64,000 nucleotides of DNA from Rhizomicrobium sp. (lineage in GTDB: Bacteria; Pseudomonadota; Alphaproteobacteria; Micropepsales; Micropepsaceae): positions 151,839-215,838 of the forward strand of contig JBBCIB010000001.1 in assembly GCA_037355265.1 (NCBI GenBank), given 5' to 3'. Shown one piece after another: positions 36,806-47,236 of this stretch (position 1 is its first letter; each line of letters begins with the position of its first letter). The notes beneath the pieces were generated by a model. It searched no databases. It was not told the DNA's origin and saw only the letters and a list, made by a program, of their open reading frames with translations. Both the position numbers and the translations under genes were made by a program.

Positions 36806-37711
36806 CTAGCTGCCGGCCGGGGTTTCCGCGACCTGCTTCTCGGGAATCTTGAGACCCAGATAGGTGCCGGCGCTGATTCCCAGGAGTCCCAGCTGGTAGG
36901 TCGAAAGAAGCGGCAGGACGACGCCGTATTGCGTGAACTGCGCGCCTTGCGGAAAGGCGACGTTCAGCAGATAGGTCGCGCCCAGAACGGCGGACCAGGC
37001 GACGGCCTGGAAGCGGTGCAGGCTGATGCCGTCCGCGTCGCTCAGGATGTCGCGGATGAATCCATCCGATTTCATCGCCTCCGCTTCGGTCTGCATCTTC
37101 ACGTAGAGCGCATCGGCCTCCGCCGTGCCGGTCGCCGTCGCGATGTCCCGCGCCGCCGTGTCGTACGCCGTCAGCGAACCGCCCTTCGCCGTGCGCGACT
37201 GCTCGATGATGGCCGCGCCGATCGCCGTGCCGGCGCCGATGCCCATCAGGGTGAGCGCCTGCGCGTTCAGGCCGCCGCCGATCTGGCGATGGAAGATGGC
37301 GATATAGACGGTCGACGACAGGACGATCCAGAACCACCAGACCATCTGCGACTGTGCCAGGCTGAAGGTGCGTTTGACGGAGATGCGCGCATAGACCTTT
37401 CCCGCGACCGTGATGCCGGGAAAGTCCACCGGATCGGAATCCCGCAGCACCTCCGTCCGCCAGGCGAAAATGCCGATCGTCGCGGCGACGACGAGAACGC
37501 CGAGCAAGGCCTCCTCCAGGCGAAGCTCGCGGTCGGCTTCGGCTGCTGCCGCCTTCGCCTTGGAATCGGCCAGCGCCTTCGCGGCGTCTTTCGCTGCAAC
37601 GGCGTTGCCCGCCGCCGTCACCTTGCTGTCCGGGTTCGCCGGCGCCGCCTCGGCCACCGGCGGCGCAACACACAGGAAAAATAGAACGAGCGAAACAAAA
37701 AACAAACGCAT
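36806..37711 (-). CDS. Hypothetical membrane protein with an internal repeat
   Basis: Signal-like N-terminus; SLAQSQMVWW..LMGIGAGT and SLHRFQAVAW..LLGISAGTY. Confidence 0.75.
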   Translation of the reverse strand: MRLFFVSLVLFFLCVAPPVAEAAPANPDSKVTAAGNAVAAKDAAKALADSKAKAAAAEADRELRLEEALLGVLVVAATIGIFAWRTEVLRDSDPVDFPGITVAGKVYARISVKRTFSLAQSQMVWWFWIVLSSTVYIAIFHRQIGGGLNAQALTLMGIGAGTAIGAAIIEQSRTAKGGSLTAYDTAARDIATATGTAEADALYVKMQTEAEAMKSDGFIRDILSDADGISLHRFQAVAWSAVLGATYLLNVAFPQGAQFTQYGVVLPLLSTYQLGLLGISAGTYLGLKIPEKQVAETPAGS

Positions 37712-37836
37712 GCGAGCCCCCCACAAATAATCGCGGCACGCAACGCTCGATCATTATTCGACAGCCGGCAGGACAAGCCTGGCGCGAATAAATATACAAG
37801 TCAATCTGGTCTGTCGTTCTTCATCGAACGATGAAG

Positions 37837-38238
37837 TCAGGGCCGTTCGCGTTCGATCTCGACGCCGGCCGATTCGGCGCCGGGAAGGGCGTGGAGCTTT
37901 TCGACCCGCACGCGGGCGGCGCGCACGCGCGTATCTTCGAAGCAGGTCGCGGCGATGCGTTCCGCCAGGGTCTCCGCGAGGTTGATGTGCCCGGCGCCGA
38001 CGATGGCGCGGATCTTGTCGGCGATGGCGGCGTAGTCGACCACGCGGTCGAGCTTGTCGGCCAGCACCGCGCTATCCTCCACCGCCAGGTCGACATTGAT
38101 CCGCACCGGCTGGAGCTTGCCCTGCTCGTGGCCGTGCACGCCGATATGGGCCAGCACTTCCAGATCGCGGATGAAGACGTGGCGGATCGCCCTGGCCGCG
38201 TCGGCGATCTTCAGGCGGGAGACGTTGGCGTTGCTCAT
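37837..38238 (-). CDS. folB: Dihydroneopterin aldolase
   Basis: IRDLEV..IGVH.HE..Q.V.INVDL, VVDY, LAETLAE. Confidence 0.9.
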   Translation of the reverse strand: MSNANVSRLKIADAARAIRHVFIRDLEVLAHIGVHGHEQGKLQPVRINVDLAVEDSAVLADKLDRVVDYAAIADKIRAIVGAGHINLAETLAERIAATCFEDTRVRAARVRVEKLHALPGAESAGVEIERERP

Positions 38239-38285
38239 GGCGGAGCTGTTGTACCGGTTTGGCGGCGAATGCTAAAGCGGGCGCC

Positions 38286-38717
38286 ATGAAGAAAACGCCC
38301 CTGCCCCCGCCGGCCGCGACATCCTGGACGACAGACATCTGGACGACAGACAGGGGCTATGTCCGCATGATGATCCGCGACCTGGTGACGGAGGTGCGGC
38401 TGGGCCTGCATCCCTGGGAGCGCCATCCCGAAAAGCCGCAGCGCATCGTGGTAAATGTCGAGCTGTTCGCCGCGCCCCGCACGGCGCGCTACAAGGACGT
38501 CTCGGCGGTGGTGGACTACGACTATATCCGCGACGCGCTGCGCAAATGGCCGCGGCGCAAGCACACCGTGTTCATCGAGACGCTGCTCGACGAGCTGGTG
38601 AAGCTCTGCTTCAAGGACAAGCGGGTGCAGGCGGCGCGGGTCTCGATCTTCAAGCCGGACATCTACAACGAGGCCGCCGGCGCCGGCGTCGAGATCTACA
38701 AGGTGCGCGAGGCATGA
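38286..38717 (+). CDS. Second FolB-like (T-fold) protein
   Basis: IRDLV..LGLHPWE..PQRIVVNVEL, VDYD, FIETL, KPDIY..GVEI. Confidence 0.82.
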   Translation: MKKTPLPPPAATSWTTDIWTTDRGYVRMMIRDLVTEVRLGLHPWERHPEKPQRIVVNVELFAAPRTARYKDVSAVVDYDYIRDALRKWPRRKHTVFIETLLDELVKLCFKDKRVQAARVSIFKPDIYNEAAGAGVEIYKVREA

Positions 38718-39520
38718 GCGCGATCCCCGATCCTGCCGGCTATGCGCTGGTCACCGGCGGCGGCACGCGGCTGGGCGCGGCGATGGTGCGCCGTCTGGCG
38801 GCCGATGGCTGGCGCGTCGCGATCCATCACAAGGCGTCCGGCGAATACGCCAAGGCGCTGGCGCAGGAGATCAACGCCGGCGGCGGCCACGCCGTGACGG
38901 TGGGCGGCGACCTTGCCGTGCTGGACGACTTCGCCGGCCTGTTTGCCGAGGCCAATGCGGCTTACGGGTTCTGTTCGCTGCTGGTCAACAGCGCCTCGGC
39001 GTTCGAATATGACGACATCGCCAGCATCAGCCGCGCCACGCTGGAGAAGCTGTTCGCGGTCAACCTGCATGCGCCGATGCTGCTGGCGCGCGATTTCGCG
39101 GCGCAATTGCGCGACGGATCGAGGGGCCTGATCGTCAACATCCTCGACCAGAAAGTGTTCAACCTGAACCCGGATTTCCTCTCCTATACGCTGACCAAAT
39201 CGGCGCTGGAGGCGGCGACGCGGCTGCTGGCGCAGGCGATGGCGCCGCGGGTGCGCGTCTGCGGCATCGCGCCGGGGCTGACCTTGCGCAGCGGCGACCA
39301 GACCGCGGAAGGCTTCGCCAAGGCGCATGCCAGCACGCCGCTGGGCTTCGGTTCCGAGCCGCAAGACATCGCCGCGACGCTGAGCTTCCTGACCCAGGTG
39401 CCGGCGATCACCGGCACGACGATCATCGTCGACGGCGGCCAGCACCTGGAGGCGCGCAGCCACGACGTGATGTTCAGCTACGGCGTCGCCCCGGACGCGC
39501 CGGTGGGGCGCAAGCGGTAG
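38714..39520 (+). CDS. SDR, pteridine reductase (FolM/PTR1)-like
   Basis: TGGGTRLG, LVNSASAF, NILDQK..PDFLSYTLTK, VDGGQHL. Confidence 0.88.
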   Translation: MSAIPDPAGYALVTGGGTRLGAAMVRRLAADGWRVAIHHKASGEYAKALAQEINAGGGHAVTVGGDLAVLDDFAGLFAEANAAYGFCSLLVNSASAFEYDDIASISRATLEKLFAVNLHAPMLLARDFAAQLRDGSRGLIVNILDQKVFNLNPDFLSYTLTKSALEAATRLLAQAMAPRVRVCGIAPGLTLRSGDQTAEGFAKAHASTPLGFGSEPQDIAATLSFLTQVPAITGTTIIVDGGQHLEARSHDVMFSYGVAPDAPVGRKR

Positions 39521-39594
39521 CGCCGTACGTTCTGCCAATTCACTCTCGCTTGTCGTCCCCGGCGCCGCATGGCTGCACACAGGCGTAGCGCCCC

Positions 39595-40614
39595 TTAAAC
39601 CGCAAAGCCCACGATCCGCTTGACCTCGTGCACGATCGGTTCGGCGATGGCGGCGGCCTTCTGCGCGCCGTCGCGCAGGATGGCGTCGATCTCGCCGGGC
39701 TCACGGAGCAGGTGGTTCATCCGCGTCGTCACCGGCACCAAGGCTGCGACCGCCAGTTCGGTGAGCTGTTCCTTGAACGCCGAGAATTGCTGGCCGGCGA
39801 ACTGCGCGATCACCGTCTCGCGCGGCTGCTCCGCCAGTGCGGCATAGATGTTGATGAGGTTTTCGGCTTCGGGGCGGTCTTTCAATCCCTCCTCGCTGTC
39901 GGGCAGGTCGAACGGATCGGTCTTCGCTTTGCGGATCTTCTGCGCGATGGTGTCGGCATCGTCGGTGAGGTTGATGCGCGAATTGTCGGACTCGTCCGAC
40001 TTGCTCATCTTCTTGAGGCCGTCGCGCAGGCTCATCACCCGCGTCGCCGGGCCGGTGATGACGGGCTCGGGCAGCGGGAAATAGTCGGGCACCGCGTAGT
40101 CGTTGTTGAATTTCTGCGCGATGTCGCGCGCCAGCTCGAGATGCTGCTTCTGGTCCTCGCCCACCGGCACATGCGTCGCGTGATAGACCAGGATGTCCGC
40201 CGCCATCAGCACCGGATAGGTGTAGAGCCCGACCGAGGAGCGTTCCTTGTGCTTGCCGGCCTTGTCCTTGAACTGGGTCATGCGGTCGAGCCAGCCCAGC
40301 CGCGCCACGCAGTTGAAGATCCAGGCCAGCTCGGCATGCGCCGGCACCCGTGACTGGTTGAAGATCGGCGATTTCTTGGGATCGATGCCGCCGGCGATGT
40401 AGGCCGCGGCCACCTCGCGCGTGGCGCGGGCGATCTCCTCCGGCTTGCCATAGGCGGCGTCGGTGATGGCGTGCATGTCGACCACGCAGAACAGGCAGTC
40501 CATCTCGTCCTGCAGCCGCACCCAATTCTTCAGCGCGCCGAGATAATTGCCCAGATGCAGCGTATTGGTCGGCTGCATGCCGGAAAGGACGCGGTTGCGG
40601 TTCGAGACTGTCAT
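39595..40614 (-). CDS. trpS: Tryptophan--tRNA ligase
   Basis: [22 protein letters not shown]. Confidence 0.97.
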   Translation of the reverse strand: MTVSNRNRVLSGMQPTNTLHLGNYLGALKNWVRLQDEMDCLFCVVDMHAITDAAYGKPEEIARATREVAAAYIAGGIDPKKSPIFNQSRVPAHAELAWIFNCVARLGWLDRMTQFKDKAGKHKERSSVGLYTYPVLMAADILVYHATHVPVGEDQKQHLELARDIAQKFNNDYAVPDYFPLPEPVITGPATRVMSLRDGLKKMSKSDESDNSRINLTDDADTIAQKIRKAKTDPFDLPDSEEGLKDRPEAENLINIYAALAEQPRETVIAQFAGQQFSAFKEQLTELAVAALVPVTTRMNHLLREPGEIDAILRDGAQKAAAIAEPIVHEVKRIVGFAV

Positions 40615-40644
40615 GAGGCGGTGCCGATCGATCCAAGGCGCGGG

Positions 40645-43413
40645 TTATGCCCCGGCAGCGGCTGCTGCTTCAAGGGCCGCGGGCTCCAGCGCCTTCAGCA
40701 GCCGCTCGCGCACCGCCTTGAGCCGCTCCTCGTGCCGCACCTTGTGGCCGAAGCCGTCGCGCACGTAGAAGACGTCCACCGCGCGCTCGCCATAGGTCGA
40801 GACCATGGCCGAGGAGATCGACAGGCCGGACTGGAAGATCGCGTCGGCGACGTCGTAAAGCAGGCCGGGACGGTCGAGGCCCTCGACCTCCACCACGGTG
40901 GCGCTGGCCGACGCGTCGTTGTCGAAATTGACCCGCGGCGTCACCTGGAAGGCGGAACTGCGCCGCTTCGCCGGCCGCCGCGCGATCGCCTGGCGGGGGT
41001 AGAGCTCGCCGCGCAGGGTCTTCTCGACCGACTGGCGCAGGCGCTCGATGCGCGCCGTATCGCCGAAAGCACCGCCTTCGGCGTCCTGGAGAGAGAACAC
41101 GTCCAGCGCGAAGCCGTCCGTGGTAGTGAACGCCTTGGCATCGACGATGGTGCCGCCCGCCACGGCGACCGCGCCGGCAAGCTGCGAGAACAGGCCGGGA
41201 TGGTCGGGGGTGTAGAGCACGATCTCGGTCACGCTGCGGAAATCGTTGCTCTCCGCCGCCAGGCTGAACAACTCCCCCTTTGCGTCGGCTTCCGCCATCC
41301 GCCGGGCGTGCCAGGCATGGGCGGCCGGATCGAAGGCGAGCCAGTAATTGTCGTAGTGCCGCGACAGGGCGCGCTTGCGGACGGGCTCGGGCAGGTCGGC
41401 GATGCGTTCGGCCAGCGCCGCCTTGGCCGCCTCCACCCGCGAGGCGCGTGCCGGCATGCCGTCGCCGCCCGACATCATCGCCTCGGCCTCGTGATAAAGC
41501 TCGCGCAGGAGCTGGCCCTTCCAGCCGTTCCACACGCCGGGCCCGACCGCCGCGATGTCCGCCACCGTCAGCACCAGCAGCATGCGCAGCATCTGCGGCG
41601 TCTGCACCTCGGCGACGAAATCCTTCACCGTCTTGGGATCTGAGATGTCGCGCCGCTGCGCCGTGTCGCTCATCACCAGGTGGTTCTTCACCAGCCAGGT
41701 CACCGCCGCGGTGTCTTCCGCCGACAGACCAAGGCGCGGGCACAGGCTCTGCGCGATGTCCGCGCCCAGATTGGAGTGGTCGCCCGGCAGGCCCTTGGCG
41801 ATGTCGTGCAGCAGCATCGCGACATACAGCGCCTCGCGCGCCGTGATGCGCTTGATGACGTCGGTGGCCAGCGGGTGCTCGCCGCGGTGCTCGCCGCGGT
41901 CGATCGAGGCGATGTAGCCGATGGCGCGGATCAGGTGCTCGTCCACCGTGTAGTGGTGGTACATGTTGAACTGCATCAGGCCGACGACACGGCCGAATTC
42001 CGGCACGAAGCGGCCGAACACGCCCGATTCGTTCATCAGCCGCAGCGCCCGCTCCGGATCGTTGCGCGACGACAATATCTCCAGGAACAGCCGGTTGGCC
42101 TCGGGGTCGTTGCGCAGATCGTCGTCGATCGAATCGAGCGCCCGCGTGATGCGGCGCAGGGCGACGGGGTGGACGTCCACGTTCTTGGCGTCGGCGATAT
42201 GGAAGATGCGGATCATGTTGATGGGCGCGGTGCGGAACAGGTTCGGCCGCGCGTTCAGCCGTCCGTTCTCGACGAAGAAATCGTCGCCGCTGGTGCGCGG
42301 GCGCAGGAAGCCCGGCAGCATCGCGGCCAGCGACGGCCGGCGCTTGCGGTTCTGGTCCTCCAGCGCGGCGCAGAAGATGCGCGTCAGGTCGCCGACATCC
42401 TTGGCGACCAGAAAGTAGGCTTTCATGAACGCTTCCACCGCGCGGCGCGGACTGTCGCCGGCGAACCCCATGCGCGCCGCCAGGTCCGGCTGGACGTCGA
42501 AGGACAGGCGCTCCTCGGCGCGGCCGACCAGGTAGTGCAGCTTGACGCGGACGTCCCACAGGAACGCCTCCGCCTGCTGGAAGGTCTTGTATTCGTCCCG
42601 GGTCAGGACGTTGTGGTGGACGAGGTCGGCGGCATCCTCGACATGGTAGACGTATTTGCCGATCCAATAGAGTGTCTGCAGGTCGCGCAGCCCGCCCTTG
42701 CCTTCCTTGATGTTCGGCTCGACCAGATAGCGGCTCTCGCCCTGGCGGGCGTGGCGCTCCTTGCGCTCGGCAAGCTTGGCTTCGACGAAATCCTGCCCCG
42801 TGCCGGTGGCGACCTCGCCCCAGAACCTGCGGCGCAGGTCTTCGTAGAGCGTCTCGTCGCCCCACAGATAGCGCGCCTCCAGGATCGCGGTGCGGATGGT
42901 GATGTCCTGCTTGGCGAGACGGACGCATTCGTCGAGCGAGCGCGTCGCATGGCCGACCTTCAGGCCGAGGTCCCACAGCATGTAGAGGATGAACTCGATG
43001 ACGCTTTCGCCCCACGGCGTCTGCTTGAACGGGCGCACGAACAGCAGGTCGATGTCCGAGCCCGGCGCCAGCTCGCCGCGGCCATAGCCGCCGGTGGCGA
43101 CGACGCAGATGCGCTCCGCCCTGGTCGGGTTCTGGGCGTAGTAGACGTGCTTGACGGCGAAATCGTAGATCACCTGGATGGTCGCGTCCTGCAACGCCGA
43201 CAGCGCCCGCGCCGCGATCAGCCCGCTCAGGGCGTCGCTGTCGACGCCGGCCTTGATCCGGGCGCGGCCGTCCTGGAAGGCGGTCTTGATCAGCGCCAGC
43301 GCGTCCTTGCGCCGCTTCGCCGGATCGCCCGGCTCGCGCGCCAGCGCGGTCAGCGCGCGCCTGAGCGCCTCGCCGTCCAGCAGCTCGCCGATCGCGGGTT
43401 CGTCATATCCCAT
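40645..43413 (-). CDS. glnD: [Protein-PII] uridylyltransferase
   Basis: GGYGRGELAPGSDIDL, KEGKGGLRD, YHHYTVDEH, LLHDIAKG and two ACT domains. Confidence 0.97.
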   Translation of the reverse strand: MGYDEPAIGELLDGEALRRALTALAREPGDPAKRRKDALALIKTAFQDGRARIKAGVDSDALSGLIAARALSALQDATIQVIYDFAVKHVYYAQNPTRAERICVVATGGYGRGELAPGSDIDLLFVRPFKQTPWGESVIEFILYMLWDLGLKVGHATRSLDECVRLAKQDITIRTAILEARYLWGDETLYEDLRRRFWGEVATGTGQDFVEAKLAERKERHARQGESRYLVEPNIKEGKGGLRDLQTLYWIGKYVYHVEDAADLVHHNVLTRDEYKTFQQAEAFLWDVRVKLHYLVGRAEERLSFDVQPDLAARMGFAGDSPRRAVEAFMKAYFLVAKDVGDLTRIFCAALEDQNRKRRPSLAAMLPGFLRPRTSGDDFFVENGRLNARPNLFRTAPINMIRIFHIADAKNVDVHPVALRRITRALDSIDDDLRNDPEANRLFLEILSSRNDPERALRLMNESGVFGRFVPEFGRVVGLMQFNMYHHYTVDEHLIRAIGYIASIDRGEHRGEHPLATDVIKRITAREALYVAMLLHDIAKGLPGDHSNLGADIAQSLCPRLGLSAEDTAAVTWLVKNHLVMSDTAQRRDISDPKTVKDFVAEVQTPQMLRMLLVLTVADIAAVGPGVWNGWKGQLLRELYHEAEAMMSGGDGMPARASRVEAAKAALAERIADLPEPVRKRALSRHYDNYWLAFDPAAHAWHARRMAEADAKGELFSLAAESNDFRSVTEIVLYTPDHPGLFSQLAGAVAVAGGTIVDAKAFTTTDGFALDVFSLQDAEGGAFGDTARIERLRQSVEKTLRGELYPRQAIARRPAKRRSSAFQVTPRVNFDNDASASATVVEVEGLDRPGLLYDVADAIFQSGLSISSAMVSTYGERAVDVFYVRDGFGHKVRHEERLKAVRERLLKALEPAALEAAAAAGA

Positions 43414-43449
43414 GGTACCGCCATAACACGGCGCCGGCCCGGCGTCTGC

Positions 43450-43486
43450 TTGACCGTCCCGGCAGGGCGTAATTACATTGTAATTA
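43450..43486 (+). promoter_or_regulatory. mazEF promoter and operator
   Basis: TTGACC-N18-TACATT-N6-ATG with palindrome TAATTACA-T-TGTAATTA at 43470-43486. Confidence 0.75.
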
Positions 43487-43755
43487 TGAACAAGCCCGTG
43501 ACCAAAGCCGAGATCGTCCGCATCGGAAATTCCAAAGGCGTGCGCATCCCCAAGGCGCTGCGCGAGCAGGTCGGCCTCGAAGGCCCGGTCACGCTCAGCG
43601 TCGAGAACGGCGCGCTGGTCGTGCGCCCTGCCAGGCGCAAGCCGCGCGAGGGCTGGGCCGAGCAATACGACAAGGCGCTCAAGGAAAATCCGAAGGAGGA
43701 GCTTCTGCTGCCGGACGACATGGGAACGGTCTATGACAAGGATTGGACGTGGTGA
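43486..43755 (+). CDS. mazE: AbrB/MazE-family antitoxin
   Basis: IVRIGNSKGVRIPK..., R.GW, C-terminal DWTW. Confidence 0.9.
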   Translation: MNKPVTKAEIVRIGNSKGVRIPKALREQVGLEGPVTLSVENGALVVRPARRKPREGWAEQYDKALKENPKEELLLPDDMGTVYDKDWTW

Positions 43756-44075
43756 GGCCAAGCCGGTTCGAGATCCATCTCGTCGCTCTCGATCCGGCGG
43801 TCGGCGCCGAAATGCAGAAAACGCGGCCCTGCGTCGTCGTCTCGCCCGACGAATCCAACCACCGCATCCGGACGGTCGTCATCGTGCCGTTGACCTCCGA
43901 ACCGAAAGGCTTTCCCGGCCGCATCCGGTTGCGATTCCAGAATCGCGACGGTGAAGTCGGCATCGACCAGTTGCGCGCCGTGGACAAAAGCCGGCTGCTT
44001 CGCCGCATCGGAACGGTGAAGGGCGACGATGCGCGGCGGATCAGCGACGCGCTGGTGGATTTCTTTTCGTTTTGA
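43749..44075 (+). CDS. mazF: MazF/PemK-family toxin
   Basis: LDPAVGAEMQKTRPCVVVS, PLTS, DQLRAVDK.RL; start at 43743 or 43749. Confidence 0.93.
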   Translation: MVRPSRFEIHLVALDPAVGAEMQKTRPCVVVSPDESNHRIRTVVIVPLTSEPKGFPGRIRLRFQNRDGEVGIDQLRAVDKSRLLRRIGTVKGDDARRISDALVDFFSF

Positions 44076-44108
44076 CGGGCCGCGCGGCCACGGCCCGTAA
44101 CTCCTAAC

Positions 44109-44825
44109 CTACGCCGCCATCTCCTGCGAGGTGCGGCGCTCGGTCGAGACGAACCAGTGCTGGAACAGGCCGGCCAAGCCTGCGCCGACCAGCGGCGCCA
44201 CGATGAACAGCCAGAGCTGCTCCAGCGCCCAGCTTCCCTGGAAGATCGCCACGCCGACCGAGCGCGCCGGATTGACCGAGGTGTTGGTCACCGGGATCGA
44301 GATCAGGTGGATCAGCGTCAGGGTCAGGCCGATGGCGAGCGGCGCATAGCCCGGCGCCGCCAGGGTCACGTTCAGGATGACGACCAGGAACATGAAGGTC
44401 ATCACGATCTCGCAGATCAGCCCCGCCAGCAGCGTGTAGTGCTGCGGCGAATGCTCGCCGAAGCCGTTGGAGGCGAAGCCGGCATGGGCATCGAAGCCCG
44501 GCCCGCCGCTGGCGATCAGATAGAGCACGCCGCCGGCGGCAATGCCGCCCAGAAGCTGCGACACCCAGTAGACCAGCATGTCGACCGCGGTCATGCGGCC
44601 GGCGACGAAGACGCCGAAGCTGACCGCCGGATTGAAGTGTCCACCGGAGACATGGCCGAACGCATAGGCGCCGGTCAGCACCGTCAGCCCGAAGGCGAGC
44701 GCGACACCGGCGTAGCCGATGCCGACGTCGGGAACGCCGGCGGCCAGCACGGCGCTGCCGCAGCCGCCGAGCACGAGCCAGAACGTGCCGATGAACTCGG
44801 CGGCGATCTTCTTGGAATTGTCCAT
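44109..44825 (-). CDS. aqpZ: Aquaporin Z
   Basis: [15 protein letters not shown]; two NPA motifs. Confidence 0.95.
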   Translation of the reverse strand: MDNSKKIAAEFIGTFWLVLGGCGSAVLAAGVPDVGIGYAGVALAFGLTVLTGAYAFGHVSGGHFNPAVSFGVFVAGRMTAVDMLVYWVSQLLGGIAAGGVLYLIASGGPGFDAHAGFASNGFGEHSPQHYTLLAGLICEIVMTFMFLVVILNVTLAAPGYAPLAIGLTLTLIHLISIPVTNTSVNPARSVGVAIFQGSWALEQLWLFIVAPLVGAGLAGLFQHWFVSTERRTSQEMAA

Positions 44826-44907
44826 GGAATCCCCCTTCTTCAATCCGCATCCTGCGGCGCCAGCCCGGGGCAAGTCCATATCCGATTGACGCCGAAGCGG
44901 TGACGCT

Positions 44908-45411
44908 TCAGCGACACGCGCGTTGTGCGATGCGGTATGGCAGCGACAACGCCACGCCCCGCGCCTTGGCATGGGCGATGGCGACGGCGATCCGGCCGCG
45001 CAGGCTGGCCATGGTCGCTCCGGTGCGCGTCAACATCGCCTGCAGCATCGCGGGCGAGACATGGCCGGCGTCCAGCATGGCCGCGATCGCGGCATCGACC
45101 TCGGCCGGCGCGACGGAGATGTTCCTGGCGCGCGCATCGGCGAGCCAGCCCTCTTCGAGCTCCATCGTCTTGAGCTCGTCGCCGGCCTTCCGGGCGAGCG
45201 GCTTGCCGTCCACGCCTTCCAGCGCGAGCCGCAGGGCGAGGCCCTGCTGCAAATCGTAAGTCGTGATCACGCTGTCGCCGAAAGCGGCCGCGACGCCGCC
45301 GGGAGGGCCTGCCGCCGCCGCGATGGCGCCGGGCGTCGGCATGACGCAGGGCGCGGCACAGAGCGGCGCCGGAAGCAAGCCCAGGAGGAGTGCAGCTATC
45401 GCCCGTCGCAT
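44908..45411 (-). CDS. Exported protein with SurA N-terminal-like domain
   Basis: Signal peptide; VAA..GD.VITTYDL..., A...I.V..AEVDAAI. Confidence 0.55.
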   Translation of the reverse strand: MRRAIAALLLGLLPAPLCAAPCVMPTPGAIAAAAGPPGGVAAAFGDSVITTYDLQQGLALRLALEGVDGKPLARKAGDELKTMELEEGWLADARARNISVAPAEVDAAIAAMLDAGHVSPAMLQAMLTRTGATMASLRGRIAVAIAHAKARGVALSLPYRIAQRACR

Positions 45412-45465
45412 GAACGATCCTCGCCGCGGCAGACTGCCGCCGAACGGGTGCGCGCGCAAATGAAC

Positions 45466-45501
45466 AAAAGAAAAGCGGCGCGGGAGAAGCCCCCGCGCCG
45501 C
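45466..45501 (-). terminator. Intrinsic terminator after the second csp gene
   Basis: GCGGCGCGGG/CCCGCGCCGC stem plus TTTTCTTTT on the minus strand. Confidence 0.75.
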
Positions 45502-45526
45502 CTTCGCATTCCTAAGTTCGTCCGAC

Positions 45527-45727
45527 TCAGACGAGCTTCAGATTGACGGCCTTCGGGCCGCGCTTGTCGGCTTCGACTTCGAAGCTGACCCGCTGGCCTT
45601 CGTTCAGGCCGCGCAGGCCCGCCGCCTGGACCGCGGTGACATGGACGAACACGTCCTTGCCGCCGTCCTCCGGGGCGATGAATCCGAAACCCTTCGTGGT
45701 GTTGAAGAACTTAACTTGACCGATCAT
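45527..45727 (-). CDS. Cold-shock protein (CspA family)
   Basis: GQVKFFNTTKGFGFI, DVFVH. Confidence 0.96.
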   Translation of the reverse strand: MIGQVKFFNTTKGFGFIAPEDGGKDVFVHVTAVQAAGLRGLNEGQRVSFEVEADKRGPKAVNLKLV

Positions 45728-45908
45728 TACGGCTTTCTCCTGAAAGCATTTGAATTATCGCGCGGACACCGCGTCCGGCACGATCGCCGCCGCCGCGACT
45801 TGTTTCAGGAAAAGCGTCGTCTACTCCAGCACCGCGCCCCGTTGGAATGGAGCCTCGCATGGGTAAGCAAGAAACTTCTCTAAAGGCTGCGCGGCCTCGG
45901 TTGGGCGC

Positions 45909-45937
45909 GATATAGGCGGTCGATCCACGGAGCGCAA
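45909..45937 (-). promoter_or_regulatory. Sigma70 promoter of the second csp gene
   Basis: TTGCGC-N17-TATATC, implying a 5'UTR of about 175 nt. Confidence 0.65.
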
Positions 45938-45938
45938 G

Positions 45939-46553
45939 TCACCAGCTTTCGCTCGCGGGAACATGCCCCGGCTGCGCGGCGACGCGCTCCAGCCAGCGCG
46001 AAACGGACGGGTAGGCGGCAAGGTCGAAGCCGCCTTCCGCCGCCGAATGGGTGTAGCCGTAGAGCGCGATATCGGCGAGCGAGTAGCGGTTGCCGGCGAA
46101 CCAGTCATGGCCGGTCAGATGCATCTCCATGACGCCCAGCGCGGCGTTGCCCCTGGCGTGCCATTCCGGAATCAGATGCGTCTTCTTCGCCAACTCTTCT
46201 TTGGGCGCGTAGGACAGCCAGAACCGCGCCACGGCGATGTAGGGCTCATGGCTGTACTGCTCGAAGAACATCCAGCTCAGCATCTGTGCACGATCCCAGC
46301 GGTCGTCCGGGACCAGCGGCGCGCCGTCGGCGAGATAGGCGAGGATCGCACCGGATTCGGGCAGGAAGCGGCCGTCCTCCAATTCGAGCAGCGGCACGCG
46401 GCCGTTCGGATTCTTCGCCAGGAAATCCGGCATGCGCGTGGCGCCGTCATGCAAGCCGTAATCCTTCAGCCTGATCGGAACGCCGAGCTGCCGGGCCGTC
46501 AAGCGGACCTTGTAGCAATTGCCCGACATCTGCATCTGGTGAAGCACAAGCAT
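45939..46553 (-). CDS. Glutathione S-transferase family protein
   Basis: SGNCYKVRL, NPNGRVPLL, ESGAIL, FFEQYSHEP, SLADIAL. Confidence 0.93.
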   Translation of the reverse strand: MLVLHQMQMSGNCYKVRLTARQLGVPIRLKDYGLHDGATRMPDFLAKNPNGRVPLLELEDGRFLPESGAILAYLADGAPLVPDDRWDRAQMLSWMFFEQYSHEPYIAVARFWLSYAPKEELAKKTHLIPEWHARGNAALGVMEMHLTGHDWFAGNRYSLADIALYGYTHSAAEGGFDLAAYPSVSRWLERVAAQPGHVPASESW

Positions 46554-46598
46554 GATCGTCTCCGCACGTACGGCGATCATGCAACGTTTCGCCACGCG

Positions 46599-47177
46599 TT
46601 ACTTATGCGCGCGCGGCCTACCGCCTTTGCGCGATCCGGGCGCGACGGTGCGCATGATCACGCCGCAGAGCACGCGGTTGCCGGAATTGCCGGCGGGCTG
46701 GCTCATATAGTCGTCGGCCCTCGCGTCCACGATGATCGACACGCCGTCGCGGTCGAAGATCGTCTTCTTGCCGTTGCCGAGCGAGAAGGCGTTGCTGATC
46801 GTGCTGGCGCGCAGCGTGCCGTCGGCGGCGGCGAACTGGTTGGGCAGGTCGCCGGCGTGCGGCCCATGCGGCGCGAGATAGCCGTGCATCTTGTTCGGCG
46901 CATCGGAGAAATGCGGCCCCGCCGAGGTAAAGGCGACCTTGGGATCGCAATTGCCGGAGGTGTGGATGTGGATCGCATGCGCTCCCGGCGTCAGGCCCTT
47001 GAGATCGAACTGCATCAGCACGCCGTGCGCGGTGGCGGCGAAGGTGATCGTGCCCGCCGGCTGGCCGCCGAGGTCGATCAGCCTGGCGACGGCGCGCGCC
47101 TTCGAGGCGGCGGCCAGCGCCGGACCCGCAAAGATCAAAGCCGCACCCAACGCGGCGCAAGACAACAAGCGTCCCAT
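46599..47177 (-). CDS. sodC: Periplasmic Cu/Zn superoxide dismutase family protein
   Basis: Signal peptide; HAIHIH, SAGPHF, HAGDLPN, GNSGNRVLCG. Confidence 0.88.
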   Translation of the reverse strand: MGRLLSCAALGAALIFAGPALAAASKARAVARLIDLGGQPAGTITFAATAHGVLMQFDLKGLTPGAHAIHIHTSGNCDPKVAFTSAGPHFSDAPNKMHGYLAPHGPHAGDLPNQFAAADGTLRASTISNAFSLGNGKKTIFDRDGVSIIVDARADDYMSQPAGNSGNRVLCGVIMRTVAPGSRKGGRPRAHK

Positions 47178-47236
47178 ACAATCCCCCGAACCATCCCAGG
47201 TTGCAGATTACCCACTGCATTCGCGGATGCAATTCT

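Noticed and set aside
43414-43761. N-terminal extension of GlnD in the ORF track
   Set aside because: It is the antisense of mazE and its promoter; the start at 43413 gives a normal-length GlnD.
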